Positions 48,201-62,450 of a DNA stretch of 64,000 bases are shown piece after piece. The notes beneath the pieces are model-generated. The model was not told the origin of the DNA and ran no database searches. It was given only the letters and a program-made list of their open reading frames with translations. A program made the position numbers and the translations under genes. Position 1 is the stretch's first letter. Every line of letters begins with the position of its first letter. The stretch lies in contig OZ004610.1 of NCBI GenBank assembly GCA_963924565.1, positions 14,508,001 through 14,572,000 on the forward strand, read 5' to 3'. The stretch is from Ascidiella aspersa. Lineage: Eukaryota.

Positions 48201-50896
48201 TTATTCTTAGGTACACTTAATCTTAACAACAACTTTTCTATTTACCCAGGTCTTACTCATATCTATCTTTTTAACCTTAAAATCGAAATTTAGCGGTAAT
48301 TATGTCGCTATTTGTTTAGATATTTTTTTTTATCCGACGAAGCTTTGACTTCGACCTTTTAACCGACGGCGCTCCCTTAACTTGCCTTGTTCCCTACTTA
48401 ACCTGTGTTCGGCTTCGCTATAATTGTACCGGCGCTTGCATTCTCTTACCAGAATTTGACCCAATCCTTTCGACTGCGGATGTTGCCATAGCCTGCTCTT
48501 CTGGTGGCGCCCCTTCGTTTACAGCGTCGACTGCATGGTCAGCAAATGCGAAATTACGCGTGAGATGAGGTTGTTTTATAGCGTGCGCACAGAAGAAGGG
48601 ACGCGTTTCATTCGCACGCCAGAGGCGCTATAACCTACTATTGGATTCCATTAAGCACGTGTCAATGAACACGCTGCTGGCAAAATCAAAAAGACCCGCA
48701 GAACCCAGTGACCTATCAAGCGTTTGCTGGTCAATTAAAGTACCCAAGTAAGGTTGGAAATTTTGAAGAATCATTTAGGATTCTTATTCCTTAAAAATCT
48801 GGTTAAGTTTTCAGGATTTGTTTTTTATTGCTAAAATTTAGTGTTTTTTCAGTCTAGTCTTTCCAGCAAAGATCAATCGTTCATACCAGTGGCTCTCGAT
48901 GTTTTACATCTTGCGTCACATAAAATTAAAAAAGTTGAGTAACGCGGACTATCTCAACATAATCTAAAACCAATTATAGCTCGGCTTATCCTACTGCACG
49001 ATATGTAAATACCACGCTAGTTTCAATTATCGAATTACTAGATCGCATTCGAGTCTTGCACGAAGTAAAGTTTTGAAAAGGCAAAACTTACTATGCTCGC
49101 GACACACTGGTTTGTACGGGCATACAGTTTGAAAATATCACGGATTAATACACAAGTCGACCATTGAACTAGACCTATCACATATTCCTGACTATTAGCG
49201 CGATTTTTTTAAGTTTGCAGGATAAATATGTTTCTAATATGCATTATAATCACGTCACATTTCTTTATAAAGGTAACAAACGACATATCACATTATTACA
49301 TATTGCAGTGCAAGTGTTTGCCATTACGCATTTTAAAACTAGGGTTAAGTGCGCCCCAAAAAATATCGAAAAATAAATCGCAGTTTTAGTCTAATACAAG
49401 TACTTCTATTTTTTTATGTAACGAAAAACCTACAAGTCCGCCGTTTTTATTTGAGAAAATAATTAAGTTTTTTGGTGAACACAAGTATTTTATAATTCGT
49501 TTTTTTATGATGTGGCAAAAATTTACCATTCGGACGATATGTTGCATGGAGTGCTGCTAAACATGTGCAGTTAAGCAAAAACAGTCTACAAGTTTACCGA
49601 AATTTTGTTTTTTGAAGCGATTGATGATAAACGTGTTGGTGGAAAACATAAATCGTAATTCGCCATGAGAGTGAACAAATAAACAGGGGAATTAAACCTT
49701 ACATATGTCTGTAAATATACACACTCGCTTTTCTATGTACACTCGCTTTTTTATGTAAACGTACTTTAACCGTCTTATTGAGTGTTGCTTAAAGAGTTAC
49801 CGCTTTGTTAGCCTCTATTGTTTACAATATACGAATAATTAAAAAAATTATCGTGGGAATTTGATACTAACGCAATCGCATACGATTTATTGAAATTGAA
49901 TATTGCAGGCAGTTTTTTTTTTAAGGTTTGGTTTGGGTGACCGCTAAGTAGTTTTAAGAGACCGCAAGTGTTTCGTTTAAATACCAAAAAGTTTTTGGGA
50001 AACCGCTGGAGAAATTTGGGGGACCGTTTCGGTCCCCCAAAACACCTTAAAAAAACACAGATTGCAGGTGAAGCAACTATTGCATATTGTAGATAAAACA
50101 TTGCGTATACGTGCCCCAGGTTTTTTAAATTTAAATAGCCTTACTTAGGAAGAACTGGCTGACGCATGCTTTTGAGTTACGAGACATGCGTGTTCCGAAG
50201 GTGACGTTTATGCAATCATCTGGCGATTTAGTAAGTGAATTACGAAAAACACATGTACGGCATAGGCAGCGACTGTCGCGAAATAGGGATGTTGACAACA
50301 GCATTCGTTATATTAGGCATTAATGGCGCAATAACAGATTAACATTATTCTTATCTAATTTTGGTAAATATTTGGCAAAAAATCCCCAGGGTTATCAGTG
50401 CAAGGAAAAATTGCCATTGAAACAAGCCAATGACTAAAACTGAAAACAGGAATCGCTTCATCAACGTAATAAGGGTCAAGATTTCGTACAGCAGTGTGTA
50501 TTAAATAAACAAACAAAAAAATATTCGTAAACAGAAAACCTTAGAAAAAGAATACACTTTCATAGAATATGCAGTTAGGACGATGTAAATGCAGGCTGTT
50601 ATAAAGGTAACCAATAATATGTTAATTGGAAAAATAAACATATGTAACAAAAACTTTTAAAACGGTATACTTCTATCGTTTTGAAGCATATACAGTTATT
50701 TCTGTTACAACTGAATTGTGACATTCTGTTAAATTTTCGGACAAGATTACTGTTGAAAACGAGAGCACCTATCTTCATAGATATCACAGGAACGTTAGTG
50801 GTTACTTAGTAAATATTTGAACGGCAATTAAATGTTACGGTAACTTTCGTAGAAATTGTCTTGCAAGTGGTACAAATTTCAATACAGCCATGCATG

Positions 50897-53800
50897 TTAT
50901 AAGATCGATGGGTTTAGTGGTGTATGGCAGGACGTATGTGATCCTGGGAGTTCCTCCTCAATGATGGCACACCCTAAATGTAACAAGGACTAAGCAAGCA
51001 GGATTAAAGCAACATGCAATGGTGACACGCCAAGGCATGCTTAAAGTACGAACGTCAACGTTGGATGAACGCATTGCAAAAGCATGATCGTAAAATTAAT
51101 GACATTTGGGTCAGAGCTTCTGTATCAAGGACAACATGGCATGCAAGTTGGCCTCTGGGGTCCAGGAGGATTTTATCCATGCAAACAAAACAAAAAACGA
51201 CCTTACTGACCTTCCGGCGGCTGAACGCGAATCACGGGGGGCACCGGTGGGGCCTGGCGGTCAAGCAGCTTGATGGAGTAGAGGAAAGCGCAAACGGCGA
51301 TCAGCGAAGGGATGATGTTCACCAACCAAAACCTGGAGAAAGTTGTAGCACTCTTTGATGGCTCTTCGGACAATATACACGTGTCAAAAGATGATTATTC
51401 GGAAACCACTATCACGGCTAACGAAACTATGGTAGCAAAGGTTTACCAAGTTTCTTTATAAAGGGCATATGTCACGTGCGTTTTTCCGCACTGATTCATG
51501 TAGCAGCATGTTCGAATTCAACGCGACAGCAGGCGAGCGCTAATAAGAGCAGGAGGAGGAAAAAGAAGATCATACGCGCCAAACTCGCTTAAATTCCCGC
51601 CTCTGCATGATTTAGTGTATTGGGAAAAACTCGTTTGAGTCGTGGGACCGTTTTCAACCGAAAGAACGACGTTTGGCAGATGTTAAGCGTGGGTTTTTGA
51701 AATTGTGAGTCACCGATGCATATTGTCCTCCCACACCAGAACGCGCATTAATTAGAGTGACAGCCCGCGTGCCAAACGGCGTTCTGGTGCTCGGCACACC
51801 ACATTGTGACGACAGTAAACCGATGCTGCACGATAGCAAGCCAAACTTTCGAACGCTGTGTGTGCTACGCCAAGCCGATGTTTAGAACCCAACAACGAAT
51901 AAGGCGCAGGGCGGCAAGGGGCAGCTGCAGCAGCAACGCGCTACCTGATACGCAGGCTCTCCAGGTCGTACAATTGGCATCCACCCGCTTGTTCTTTTGA
52001 CCAGAACAGGCACGTAGAGTCGAACACCTTGCCCGTAAGAATGTTGCCCGGGATATCACCTGGTAAACGACAGAATAGCACTCAGTTGCAAAAAATTCGA
52101 CGCGCTGTCTTGCGCGACTCCTGCACAGCGCGCGCTCGCCTGTGACTTTGTGACAGCATGACAGAGGTAGATTTATCTTAAATGTTTTGACAGGATAATC
52201 TTTGATACACAAGTTTCGAAATAAAATACCGTGGTTCTGTCTTTGGAAAATAAAACATAATCAGCGACTGCAAATAGACCTATAGACGAATTGGACAAAA
52301 AACTTTTTAAATTTCCAAGTTAAAGAATACCAGGCATTGCAATGTTCTCATAGAAACGTTAGTATATCTTCAACATACAAAACAAATGTTCTTAAGACCG
52401 ACTTTGTTGGGCCATGGGCGAGGACGCTTAAAAGTATAAAATAAGATATGCTTACAATAAGTTTTTGTTAGAAGGTGTAATCGCAGTAGAAAGCTCGTTT
52501 AACCAACACTGGTGAACTGTGACCAACCTAGTAATTTTCCGACGATTTCTTTGGCGGCGATTGCCACAGCTTTGTCGGTGACCTTCACGCTACGCATGAC
52601 GAATAGACCGTAGGGCACGTAGGTCATGCTGAGTACCAAAACTCGGAGCACGAAGTTGGCAATGAAGACTATGAGCTGAATTCGTTTACATCTGTAACGC
52701 ATTGTTTTCATTGGGCAAACATGCTTCGGTTAGTTTAAAACCTTATTCACCTGCTTTTGCAGTTTCCGTCGGCGGCATTGCCAAACGTGGTAGAGTTCCA
52801 ATTTTTCCCCTGGTCTATTAGGCCGACGCAGCGACACTTGTCATACGCCTGTGTGTCAATTAAAAACTCCTTTATATATTTATGTTATTTTTACTGTACT
52901 TATGCGCGATATACTTTTTTTAATCAAACAAATCTATACCCACAGTTAAAATAATACAACCTTAAAACTTAGTGTACTCCAGCTCCACTCTTACCGCATT
53001 ACCGTCGATCTTTGTCGTAACCTCGCATCCGGCCTTACAAGGGGTCGCGTACGTTAGTCCGTCGGAGCCACACACCGAACCCAGTTCCAATACGTCCCGC
53101 TCACAGTGACAAAGATCGGCACACCTCGCGGTTTCTGGCGTCACAACGGAAAGTCCGACCACGTGACGTGTGGGGCAGCCTTTTAAAAACAAGGGTTCAA
53201 TTCAGCCAATATGGGATTGTACTATCAAATTTCGTTTACATGAATGGTCAAAAAGCAAATATTTTGCATTAGTGTTGGCGCCTATTATATTGTTGTTTAA
53301 AGGTCAGTGTTAAGATCGCCCAGATAAGGCTAGCAAACATATAATCTTCTTTAAATAGCACATAGCCGCTTGAGAGGGCCGAACATATACACTCCAAAAC
53401 TAATAATCTTCTTAAAGCTAAAATATTGTTTTTTTATTATCGTGTCTAAAATCAGTAAAATAATGGTCTGCAAGAGGCCATTAACTTGCCTGCTGGGTAG
53501 CACACACTTCCAATTATCATGAGACTGACGAGGAATATCGAAGTCTGTTTGTTGTTCAGATGAAAGTGAGAGTGCAAGTAGCCCCCAATTAAGATTCCCA
53601 AACAGGCCGGTATCCAAATGATGCAACCTGGGCGCAAATAATATCCAATTTAGCTTTTGTATTTTTTTCTTCTATACGGAACGCTGCTTAGATTGCGATC
53701 TGACCGACTGTGATGCTGGACGAGGCTACGGAGAAGTCAAATTCCTGCTGGAGGTACTTCAACACGAAGGTGCCGTTCATAACGGGCTGAAAATGCCAGC

Positions 53801-56726
53801 CTACGGTCGAAACAAGCGAAACGACGAGCGCCCCGTTGGTGAGTATGTGGATCAACGGGTGAATGAAGGCTAGCATATAGATAAACGAAATCTTAGAGAC
53901 TAACTAAAACATTTCAACAAAAAACAAATGCTATCAACCAAGTAACACGTAAACTTACATTCCTCATTAAATGCTTCTTCCTTGAATCGAGTAGGTCGCA
54001 CAGGAGAGGCAATAATACTTGCGTGGTGATGTCCGTGCTGGTGATGGCGATAATGGTGATGGCTGCTTTGCTGCTCATTATGTCGTTTTTCGCTGTGATG
54101 ATGACCATGATGACGCGAAACATATGACCCACCTCCTAAGTAGCACGGCAAATATATGTTTTGTTCCCAAACAACCTATGCTTATCGAACAAAACATTGT
54201 TTCTTTACAACAACAATCAAGATTACTTTTCTAAAAATAAAATTAAGTGTTGATAATTTAAACCTTCAATTCCATATACGTGTTGAAACGTAGTTTTAGG
54301 CTTTTACCAGCAGAAGTGGGGGGCCGAAGTGGAGTTGTCTCGTCTGGGAGAAGACCTTCTTCGTCGTCCGCCTTTTCTGAAGTATCGCCGAAGCACAGAA
54401 GAGGAAGGCTCGAGATCGCGGCTCCGGTGGATGCAAACAAAAAGGCGATCCACCAGGCTCCGACCCACATCACGTCTCCAGCTTTAAGAAAAACCTCCTC
54501 CGAGGACAGCCTTCCTGGATACAGAATTCCAAATAGACGCGGTTTATCCGTTGTCCAATACTTCGGTCAAAAAATAAATTATTTGCGGAACAAACGGCTG
54601 ACCTTACCTATGTCGACGTACAAACGGCTAACCACGCCAGCTGCAGAGTAACTGAAAATGATTCCACAGACGGAAAACATCTGAATAAGAGCTAAACACA
54701 GGACGGCTAATTAGCAAAAAAAGGTTTCCACACGCGATACTCGCACATTGTTAACGCATTAAATTAGCAGCGGTCTTTCTACGCTTTTTTACTGGCTCAA
54801 AAAAATATTTACAAACCTAAGTAAACGGGCGACTTTGCGTGAGGCGCGTAGTCGTCCACATACGAGAAGTGAAGAGTGACGACTGGGCCCGCTCCGAGTC
54901 CGAGCAGGAAGGTCGCGAGCACGAAAAAGGCTTCGAGTCCTTCTTTGGTGCACGAAATCGTGTTGAAATACGTCAAAACCGCAGAGCTGCTGCTGGTGAA
55001 ACAAAGCAGATGTCAGCAACGTATGCTCGACATGGGGCGATCAGGGCGCAAGATAAAACATACGTCTTCCGCAAATCCTCTAGCGCCGGCAGGATGGTGG
55101 AGGCGTTGGTTGGAGTGAGCTTGACCAAGTCGACCTAATGTACACGCCGGTCTTGTTTGTAAATGAACGTTCCAAATCTCGACAACGTGCGATTGTATAC
55201 TGGCTGCGTTATACTCACGTCGGCACATAATTGCGGCTCGTAGTCCGCGCCAATGCCCTGTTCAAAGGGTACCGGGTTGTAGAGGCCGCAAAAGAAGTGG
55301 GGTGCACTGCACAGAAACCCACCAATAGCCATTAGGATTCCACCAATTGCAATTATCCGTGGCCTGCAAATAAACAAAATTTTCCAAAAAGTGATGTATT
55401 CCATTTTGTTAGTAGGTTGGCTTGCTGTAATTTATTTATTTCAGTTAATCCGTAATTCTAAAATATATTTTATAGTGGTAAGATGGCTTTTGTCAAAGAG
55501 TTGCGCATTTCTAATTAATTATATTTGAATTAGGAGTTTTTAATACGGTACTAAAATAAAACACAAGGGGTTACTTCATTAAGATACTTTTAGAGTCTAA
55601 GGAAAAATGTTACGCGGCAGTGAAAACAGGAATAAATGTAAACTCTTAAGGATTTTTTAAACACAATTAATACTATTAAAGACTATTTAGTGGCAGGTTT
55701 GGCGGCCAAAATCTACTTAAGAATTCGCCGTGTCTGGTGCGCACAACGAGTGATCTGTCAGAGATACCTGGCAAAGCGCGAAGCGAGAAGGGCGGAAGGT
55801 ATGAGAGATGTCAAATGTCCCACATCACTTGAAGCCACTATAGTCCCCACCATTGAAGATGACAGACCATAGCGTCTTTCGATTGTCGTCGCATAGGTCT
55901 TTAAATAAACGCATGAATTTCTTTAAAGCCGGAGATTTGGGGTGGTTACAACCCTATGGGAGTTTACTAAAAATAGACTGTTTTTTATCGTCGAGAAACT
56001 GAAAATTTTGGGAGTGAACATGGTGTACGATTTAGGATTGTACGGGCCCACAAGATGTCATACGAGATCCACAGAAATGATTTAACTAACAAAATTGGAC
56101 AATCGTGCTTAACTTTCAAGTTCGCGTTTACTCTGTTATTTCTAGGATTGTCCCTTCTAAGATTAAAATCGCTAACAGCTTAAGCATTTTATTTAGATCC
56201 TACAATAATAATACAAGTTGACCTCGTTGGAAAAAATATTTGAGAAAGTTCTAGCTTATTTTCCTATATAAAAATCGTAAATCTTATTGTAGATGTGTCT
56301 GCGTAATCTCTGTGCGCAAAGTGGTTTGACATTAATAATTTTTCCAGATTGTAAGCGGGATTGACAGCATAAGACACTTTAATAATGGTATAGTTGACTA
56401 AATTAAAAAATATATTGTGTGCCACACATCATGACAAAATATGTCGCTTTAAACAATTATTTGGTTCGTGATGAGTATTTCCAAACACATATTCGAAACA
56501 TTCTTACCTTGACAGAAAACAAGAGCATGCTAGTAAAAAGGTGCATGACGATAACACAAGCAATGAACTTGCGTATATCCGGACTCTTTTGTTTTACGGA
56601 CGCCTTCCCACAAATACTTCCCTGGGTTTTTGGTGTCAATACAGATAAAGCGTCAACTCTTCCCCTAGGACTTAATATGTCCCTGACGCTGCGAATTCGC
56701 TTTCTGCCGCGTGGTGTTGCTGACAT
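50897..56726 (-). CDS. SLCO: Organic anion transporting polypeptide (SLCO/OATP family), multi-exon
   Basis: ATG at 56726. Exons give TTIERRYGLSSS, RPRIIAIGGILMAIGGFLCSAPHFF, LLGLGAGPVVTLHFSYVDD..SPVYLG, the signature-like DVMWVGAWWIAFL, a Kazal-like CADLCHC...VCGSDGLTYATPCKAGC, and GDIPGNILTGKVFDSTCLFW...GGCQLYD. The last exon, 50973-50897, ends in TAA. Confidence 0.9.
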
Positions 56727-57039
56727 GGCTGCCGCCGCGTTCCTTTGTTAATCAAATTTAGATGCGCTTGCACTGCTTTTAAAAGTCAGAAAAGCGAAAA
56801 ACCACAAACTGCTCCACCACCTAAGAGGACAGTTTCTTACTGGTCCGGAAAACACTTGGATAATCTCAGCACGAACAAAAATGCAACCAATTAGACGCGA
56901 ATGGCCTTTTGGACAAGCGTGCAAATCGCGATCGCCTTTAGACCAATTTCCATGCACCATTAATTCCCAGGCGGAACGGCCACGAAGTCAGTCCGAGTGC
57001 TTTATGCTCGCTCTGTTCAAAGGTTTTAATTTATTGATC

Positions 57040-57724
57040 CACCAGCCATGTTGGTATTGCTGGGAATGAAATGGCAGATCGCCTTGCAAAAATTACTATT
57101 GGTACTAGTACCAGTCAACAACCACGAAATGATGGTTGCATTTTAAAAACAGACTCGTACAATCTCTCCGTAAGTGAGACGAAAAAACGAATTAAATAGC
57201 ACTGTTCTGACCTATGGAATAAACAGTATAGGTCAATAAAAACTGGAGGACAATACAAGTTTTGGTTTAAAGATATTTACACTAGTGGAATTAATTTGAG
57301 AGCTACTAAAAACATTTTCCAATGATGTATAGAATTTGTACAGGCCATAGCAGATTAAACTACCATCTGTATAGGATTAGATGCCACCCAAATGAGATGT
57401 GTGATTTTTGCCACACTCCAGAAACCACTGAATATTTTCTAGTTTAATGCAAGGGATACTATAAAATTAGAAATAATCTTAAGCTATTTTTTAAGAGGCT
57501 AAACGTTGAATATAACTTGAAGAACCTCTTGCTTAATGAAAATAGTATTAAGCTACTAACTGAGTTTGTAATAAACTCTGGTCGCAGATTGTGACTAATC
57601 GAATAACATGATTTATTTTATTTCTTCAGTTTAGAGTAGACTGAAGGTCGGTTTTCAGCTAGGTGCGAAATTGACCCGGTTGGTTGTCTATTGCACCAAA
57701 TAAACCCAAACAAACAAACAAACA
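57040..57724 (+). mobile_element. 5'-truncated, decayed non-LTR retrotransposon (I/Nimb-like clade with RNase H)
   Basis: SHVGIAGNEMADRLAK is the RNase H C-terminal motif. RICTGHSRLNYHLYRI...CDFCHTPET.EYFL.*C is the C-terminal zinc knuckle, with stops and frameshifts. The 3' end is AATAAA plus a (CAAA)n tail. Confidence 0.85.
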
Positions 57725-58973
57725 TGTCATGAAGCTGGATTCATGGCATTAGTATAATATTACTGATATATGGTAAACAACGCTGGATTTCGTTAGCAAC
57801 AAGCGGCTTGCGTAACTTGTTCAACAAAATAAAGCATATGATTTAGCAGCGCATCCATGAGACACATTAGACCTGTCGTCTTTTTATTTCATTTGTTAGC
57901 AAATTATTTTTTTTCTGGGTTTGTCAATTAAACTTGTTTTTTTTGGCAGGCCCGGTTTATTTTGAGATGTCTGATATTTGTATTTTAACAGACAGTACAG
58001 ACGCCGTCTCTCCGAGCCGATGGTTCAGGAACAGAAGCTAAATTTACCCTAATGCTTTTGTAACTGAGACCAAATAAACGATTATTTTTAAGTAAAGTGT
58101 CACAGTGGTAACTTTGTATTTCCAATACCGAACAACATCTTCATTATGTTGTGAATTAATTTTAAAAGCCTGCTGTTATATGGCAAAAACAAACACCGGA
58201 TCAAAAAAAGTTGCCAAAAGGCTTTAATGTATCTGACTTGTTGTTTATCATGTGTGTCAAAACCTTATCAAGCAAAAATCTTGTTATTAAAAAAAAAGGT
58301 AAAAAAGCTAAAATCAAATTTCGCCAAATTTACAAAATTTATTAACAAATCGCGCCAAAAAGAACTGCAAATAGACAAACGAAAAATCGTTTAAAATATA
58401 GTGATTCTGTCGCGCAGCAAATGGCGGAAAAACTAATGCTAAAGACTGCGATGTTGTAACTGAATGAAATCTTAGACAACACCTTTAAACGATAACATAA
58501 CAGCCCGGGTAAAAAGTGCTAACTGTAAGCTCTCTTTCTGGTGTTGCAAATGTGAACCAGTTAGGGAACATCGCAATAAACTTTGAAACAGCAGCTTATA
58601 ATTGAACTGTAACAAACGCGACAAAAAAACAGGATACGCCACGCTTTACATCTGCCGTTTGAGACATATTTTAAAGTTTTAACGAAAGAATTTAAGTCTT
58701 CTGCAGCAAGAAAAACTTTTAAACCAACGCTGATTTGACATATATTTTGTCACTTGGGCATTGACAATCTATGATTAAGTCAAATTATATATTCCTTACA
58801 AATTCGCGCATTAAGGGGAATATAATTTTTATCGCAGAAAGTTACCGGGGGGGCTTACAGAAAAATATCCAAACGCAAAGAAATCAATCAATCAAACAAA
58901 CAAACAATGACAGCAAATGGTGTAGCTTCAAAAATAGATAAACAAGAAGCGCAGATTCGTCGTCGGCAATGTT

Positions 58974-61900
58974 TTACCGGTTTCGGTGCAGCGCTATGAA
59001 AGGTTTCGAGCAGAAGGGCGAGCTGTACTTGATGCCGAGCTGCTTGTATGCCTTGGGCGGCAGCCCGGTGTCGAGCAGGTAAACCGAGCCGTAGGATTCG
59101 GGCAAGGACTGTGGCAGAACCGAGCAAACCGTCCACTTGATGTTCAGCTTCGACAGCGGCTCCTGCGCAAACCAACAATACAAAGTAAGGCTTGCGGGTT
59201 GCAACGATCATCACCTAGTGATAGTGGGCGTTGAATGAAAATCTGGGTACGAGCCAAGAACTCCGGGTTTTCAGAATAAATTACCTAGTATCTACAGCAT
59301 TTCAGAATATTTGAGCGAGTATCTCACTAGCATTAGTTGGTTTAATTGGCAAGTCGATAAACTTTAAAATAAAGCACCTTAGCACATAAGCGTTGAACCT
59401 TTAAATTTGCGTTTAAAAATATTTTGCGGGCTATAATTCGGTAACATACAGGGTCGGATGCAGGTCTTTCGTTTTGGGGACCATGGAATTTTTGGATAAA
59501 GAAAAAAATTATCTGTTGTCCAGCAAGCCCTCTTTACTTTTTATACGTTGGTGTAGTTATCACATAGTAACGTAATATTATATTCCCGCAACTGTCAATT
59601 GGTTTGTTAACATAAACGTTTATTTAACTATAGATCAGCTTTTTATTGACTTTACTTGTCATACCCAAAGGCAAAATATTGTATGGACTTGATTAAAAAG
59701 TTCCTTTGCAGATAGTATTTTAGATTTATACGTCATAGCTAGCATAGGCGCACAAAAAAATAATTGTTCTTGAAACACCTTTTGCATATTATGACAATTC
59801 GAATAACAAGCATATCAAGATCGTCTAAACACCTGTTGTTCTATTACTTTTTACATAAGGGTCAGTCGACCGTGCCTTAGCCGTTGGTTGTACACAATTT
59901 TAGGAAATCGGTAGCCAAATCAATTTAAAGCATTTCTGCACGAATTTAAAATTTTGCCATTGAGTGAATAAATTTATTGTAAATTACTTTAAACTTACTT
60001 GAGCGAGATAAATGTAGCATTTTACTTAACAGAGATATTTGTAGGAGTTTAAATTATAAAAATACTACAAACGCTACTGTAAAAATAGGTTTAATTTAAA
60101 CAAGAAATAATTATAAACTACTTGAAGATTTGTTTTTCTTACTTTGTCGTCTGGAGGACAAAGGCACATGACAGGTGCCATGTTTTTACTGCACCAAGTC
60201 TGCACAGATTTGTACCAGGAGTGTTGGTGAAAAAAGCCACTGGAATCATCGTCCATTGCATATATTACAAGGTCCACTGGACTGGTGGGCAAATCTAAAC
60301 GTAGCCACAATTTAATTTTTCATAATACATCATAAAGAGCAATATAAATGGGTATTGATAATAATAATATTGATCAGTGATCACCATATTATACACCTAA
60401 AAAACTAGATTAAACATAAATCATAAATTGAAAACAAAAACCTTACCAAATTAAAATGATAATATAAGTTTATAAAATAAGTTATGCTAATGTATATTTG
60501 TACCTTTAACATCGCTGATGAGCCTGGCAGAAGTAAGAACTAGCAGCTTCAACTCTTCTTGGACATAATCGTACATCTAAAATGGACGAGCAATTTAATA
60601 TAAACCATTAATATATCAAAGATTTACATTTAGATTTACATCTGACTAACATACTTTCACAACATCAGCCATAAACACTTGAACATGGACATTTTGATTT
60701 GCTAGAAGTCTTGCTGTTGCCACACCCTGTGCACCAAGCTTATGGGGACCAGTAAAAATCACAACATTGGGAGCTTGATGGGCATTCCGAGGGTGTAACC
60801 TAGGATGGAAAAAGTAAAATGTAGAAGCATTACAGTTGTTAACAAGCATAAATTTTATATTCTTTCTTACTGGTTACGCAAGTATTTTTATTGGATTTAA
60901 AAAAAATAACTTTCAAAGCTTACCTATTACTTCCGCCAAGCACTGATAGAGCCATTTGGCATGCACTTATTGCAAACGCTTCAATTTGACGAGTTCCACT
61001 TATTCCCATTTGTTCAGCAGCCTCGCAAATTTTGTTCTGGGTCTTCATCGTTATACAGGGAACAACCAAACCTGCATCTGGTGAAATGAGTAAAAAAATT
61101 ATTTTCACGGTAGTTTTTAAGGTTGGTTGTTATGTGAACATAAAGTAAAAGTGTAGGTTAGGAATTACAGAGTAGAACATCTAAATTAGCATTATTTGAA
61201 CAAGATGACTAGAAGAAAAATTTTTACACAAAAATGAAAAAATTGTCATAGGTTTATATCAGCAAGATCCAGAACCGTGCATACATGTAAGCTAAGGAGA
61301 TCAGACCATGTGTTTAGTGGTAATTTTCTGTGAGAGTTTTTAGTTCTAGAGATTGACAAGAATATTGTTGCAAAAACTTGTTTCAAACAAATACCTGTGT
61401 AATACTCAGCAACATCCATACTTTTTGATTTTGCTATGACAATTTGTCTGTATACAACAGGTTTGCTTTCAATCACATTTTCATCATGACGATATTTTGC
61501 TACTGTCTTTTGCTTGCGTGACTTGTTTGGAGTTCTTTAAAAATATGTTTACACATTTAAGTATAATATTATAATTCAGCAGGTATTTTACAATGCAAGA
61601 AGCAACTCACAAAGCATGCTTGTCAAACAAAGCAAGATTCTTTTCAAAATCAAAATCTTCAGTTAACTCAGTATGATCAATATTAAAGCAATCTTCGGTA
61701 CTGTGGCAGTCGTTTTTTTGGCGACCTTTAGATAACAAAGTACTATGTTTATTGTATGAAATTTTAATATTTATTTATATTAAAATTTTCTTAAAGTTAA
61801 AAGCTTTTTGTAAAAGAAATGCGAAGATAATTGCTTTAATAGCATTGGCACAGTTGAATAATTATTCTAATCCACCTTGGTGATAGTGTTTGTTGTCTTT

Positions 61901-62450
61901 AGTAAAAGGGTGTCGTTGTTCTCTAAAGCTGTGTGTTACTCTTGGAGGAGACATGGTTTCTTGGAAATTAGCCTGACCCGATCTACTTAAAGGCTTTGGC
62001 TGTCGATCACGCTGAACAGTTTCAGGTTGCTTTGGAAGTGTAGGTTTGTGACGGTTTGTGGGTCTGGATGAAGTACTGTTATCCACAGCACTCAATGTTG
62101 ACATTAAGTCATCAATCATCGTAAGGTCCAGAATTGATGAAGACCTAAGTGTATTGTATATGGCATTGTATTGATACACTAAAGAAATAATGACTTATTT
62201 TTTTTATTTATGAGATTGTTAAACTAAAAAACACACTTTGAAACAGATAAAGCAAGTTGTTCAAAAAAACACAAAAGATTACTTACTCAAGAGTGATATC
62301 TTCAGAACTACACTTGACTCCATTCTTATAAGGGTTTTGGATTGTTATTGTTTGTTTTGCACTGTCCACTGCACTGATTGATCCTTGGAAAAACCCACGT
62401 ACAGGTCCACAGTTAATACTGACATGACAGCCAATAAATTGGCTCGCCAT
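58974..62450 (-). CDS. EDC3: Enhancer of mRNA-decapping protein 3 (LSm, FDF and YjeF_N domains), multi-exon
   Basis: N-terminal LSm MASQFIGCHVSINCGPVRGFFQG..SAVD...TITIQNPYKNGVKC; FDF motif TEDFDFEKNLALFDK (~61620-61670); YjeF_N segments GLVVPCIT, RLHPRNAHQAPNVV..GPH..GAQG..TARLLAN, DLPTSPVDLVI and YLLDTGLP...YSSPF.SK. Confidence 0.95.

Noticed and set aside
55135-55220. Premature stop in the OATP ORF (…DRRVH*)
   Set aside because: It lies in a short intron (GAC|GTGAGT ... CATTAG|GTC); the spliced frame is open.
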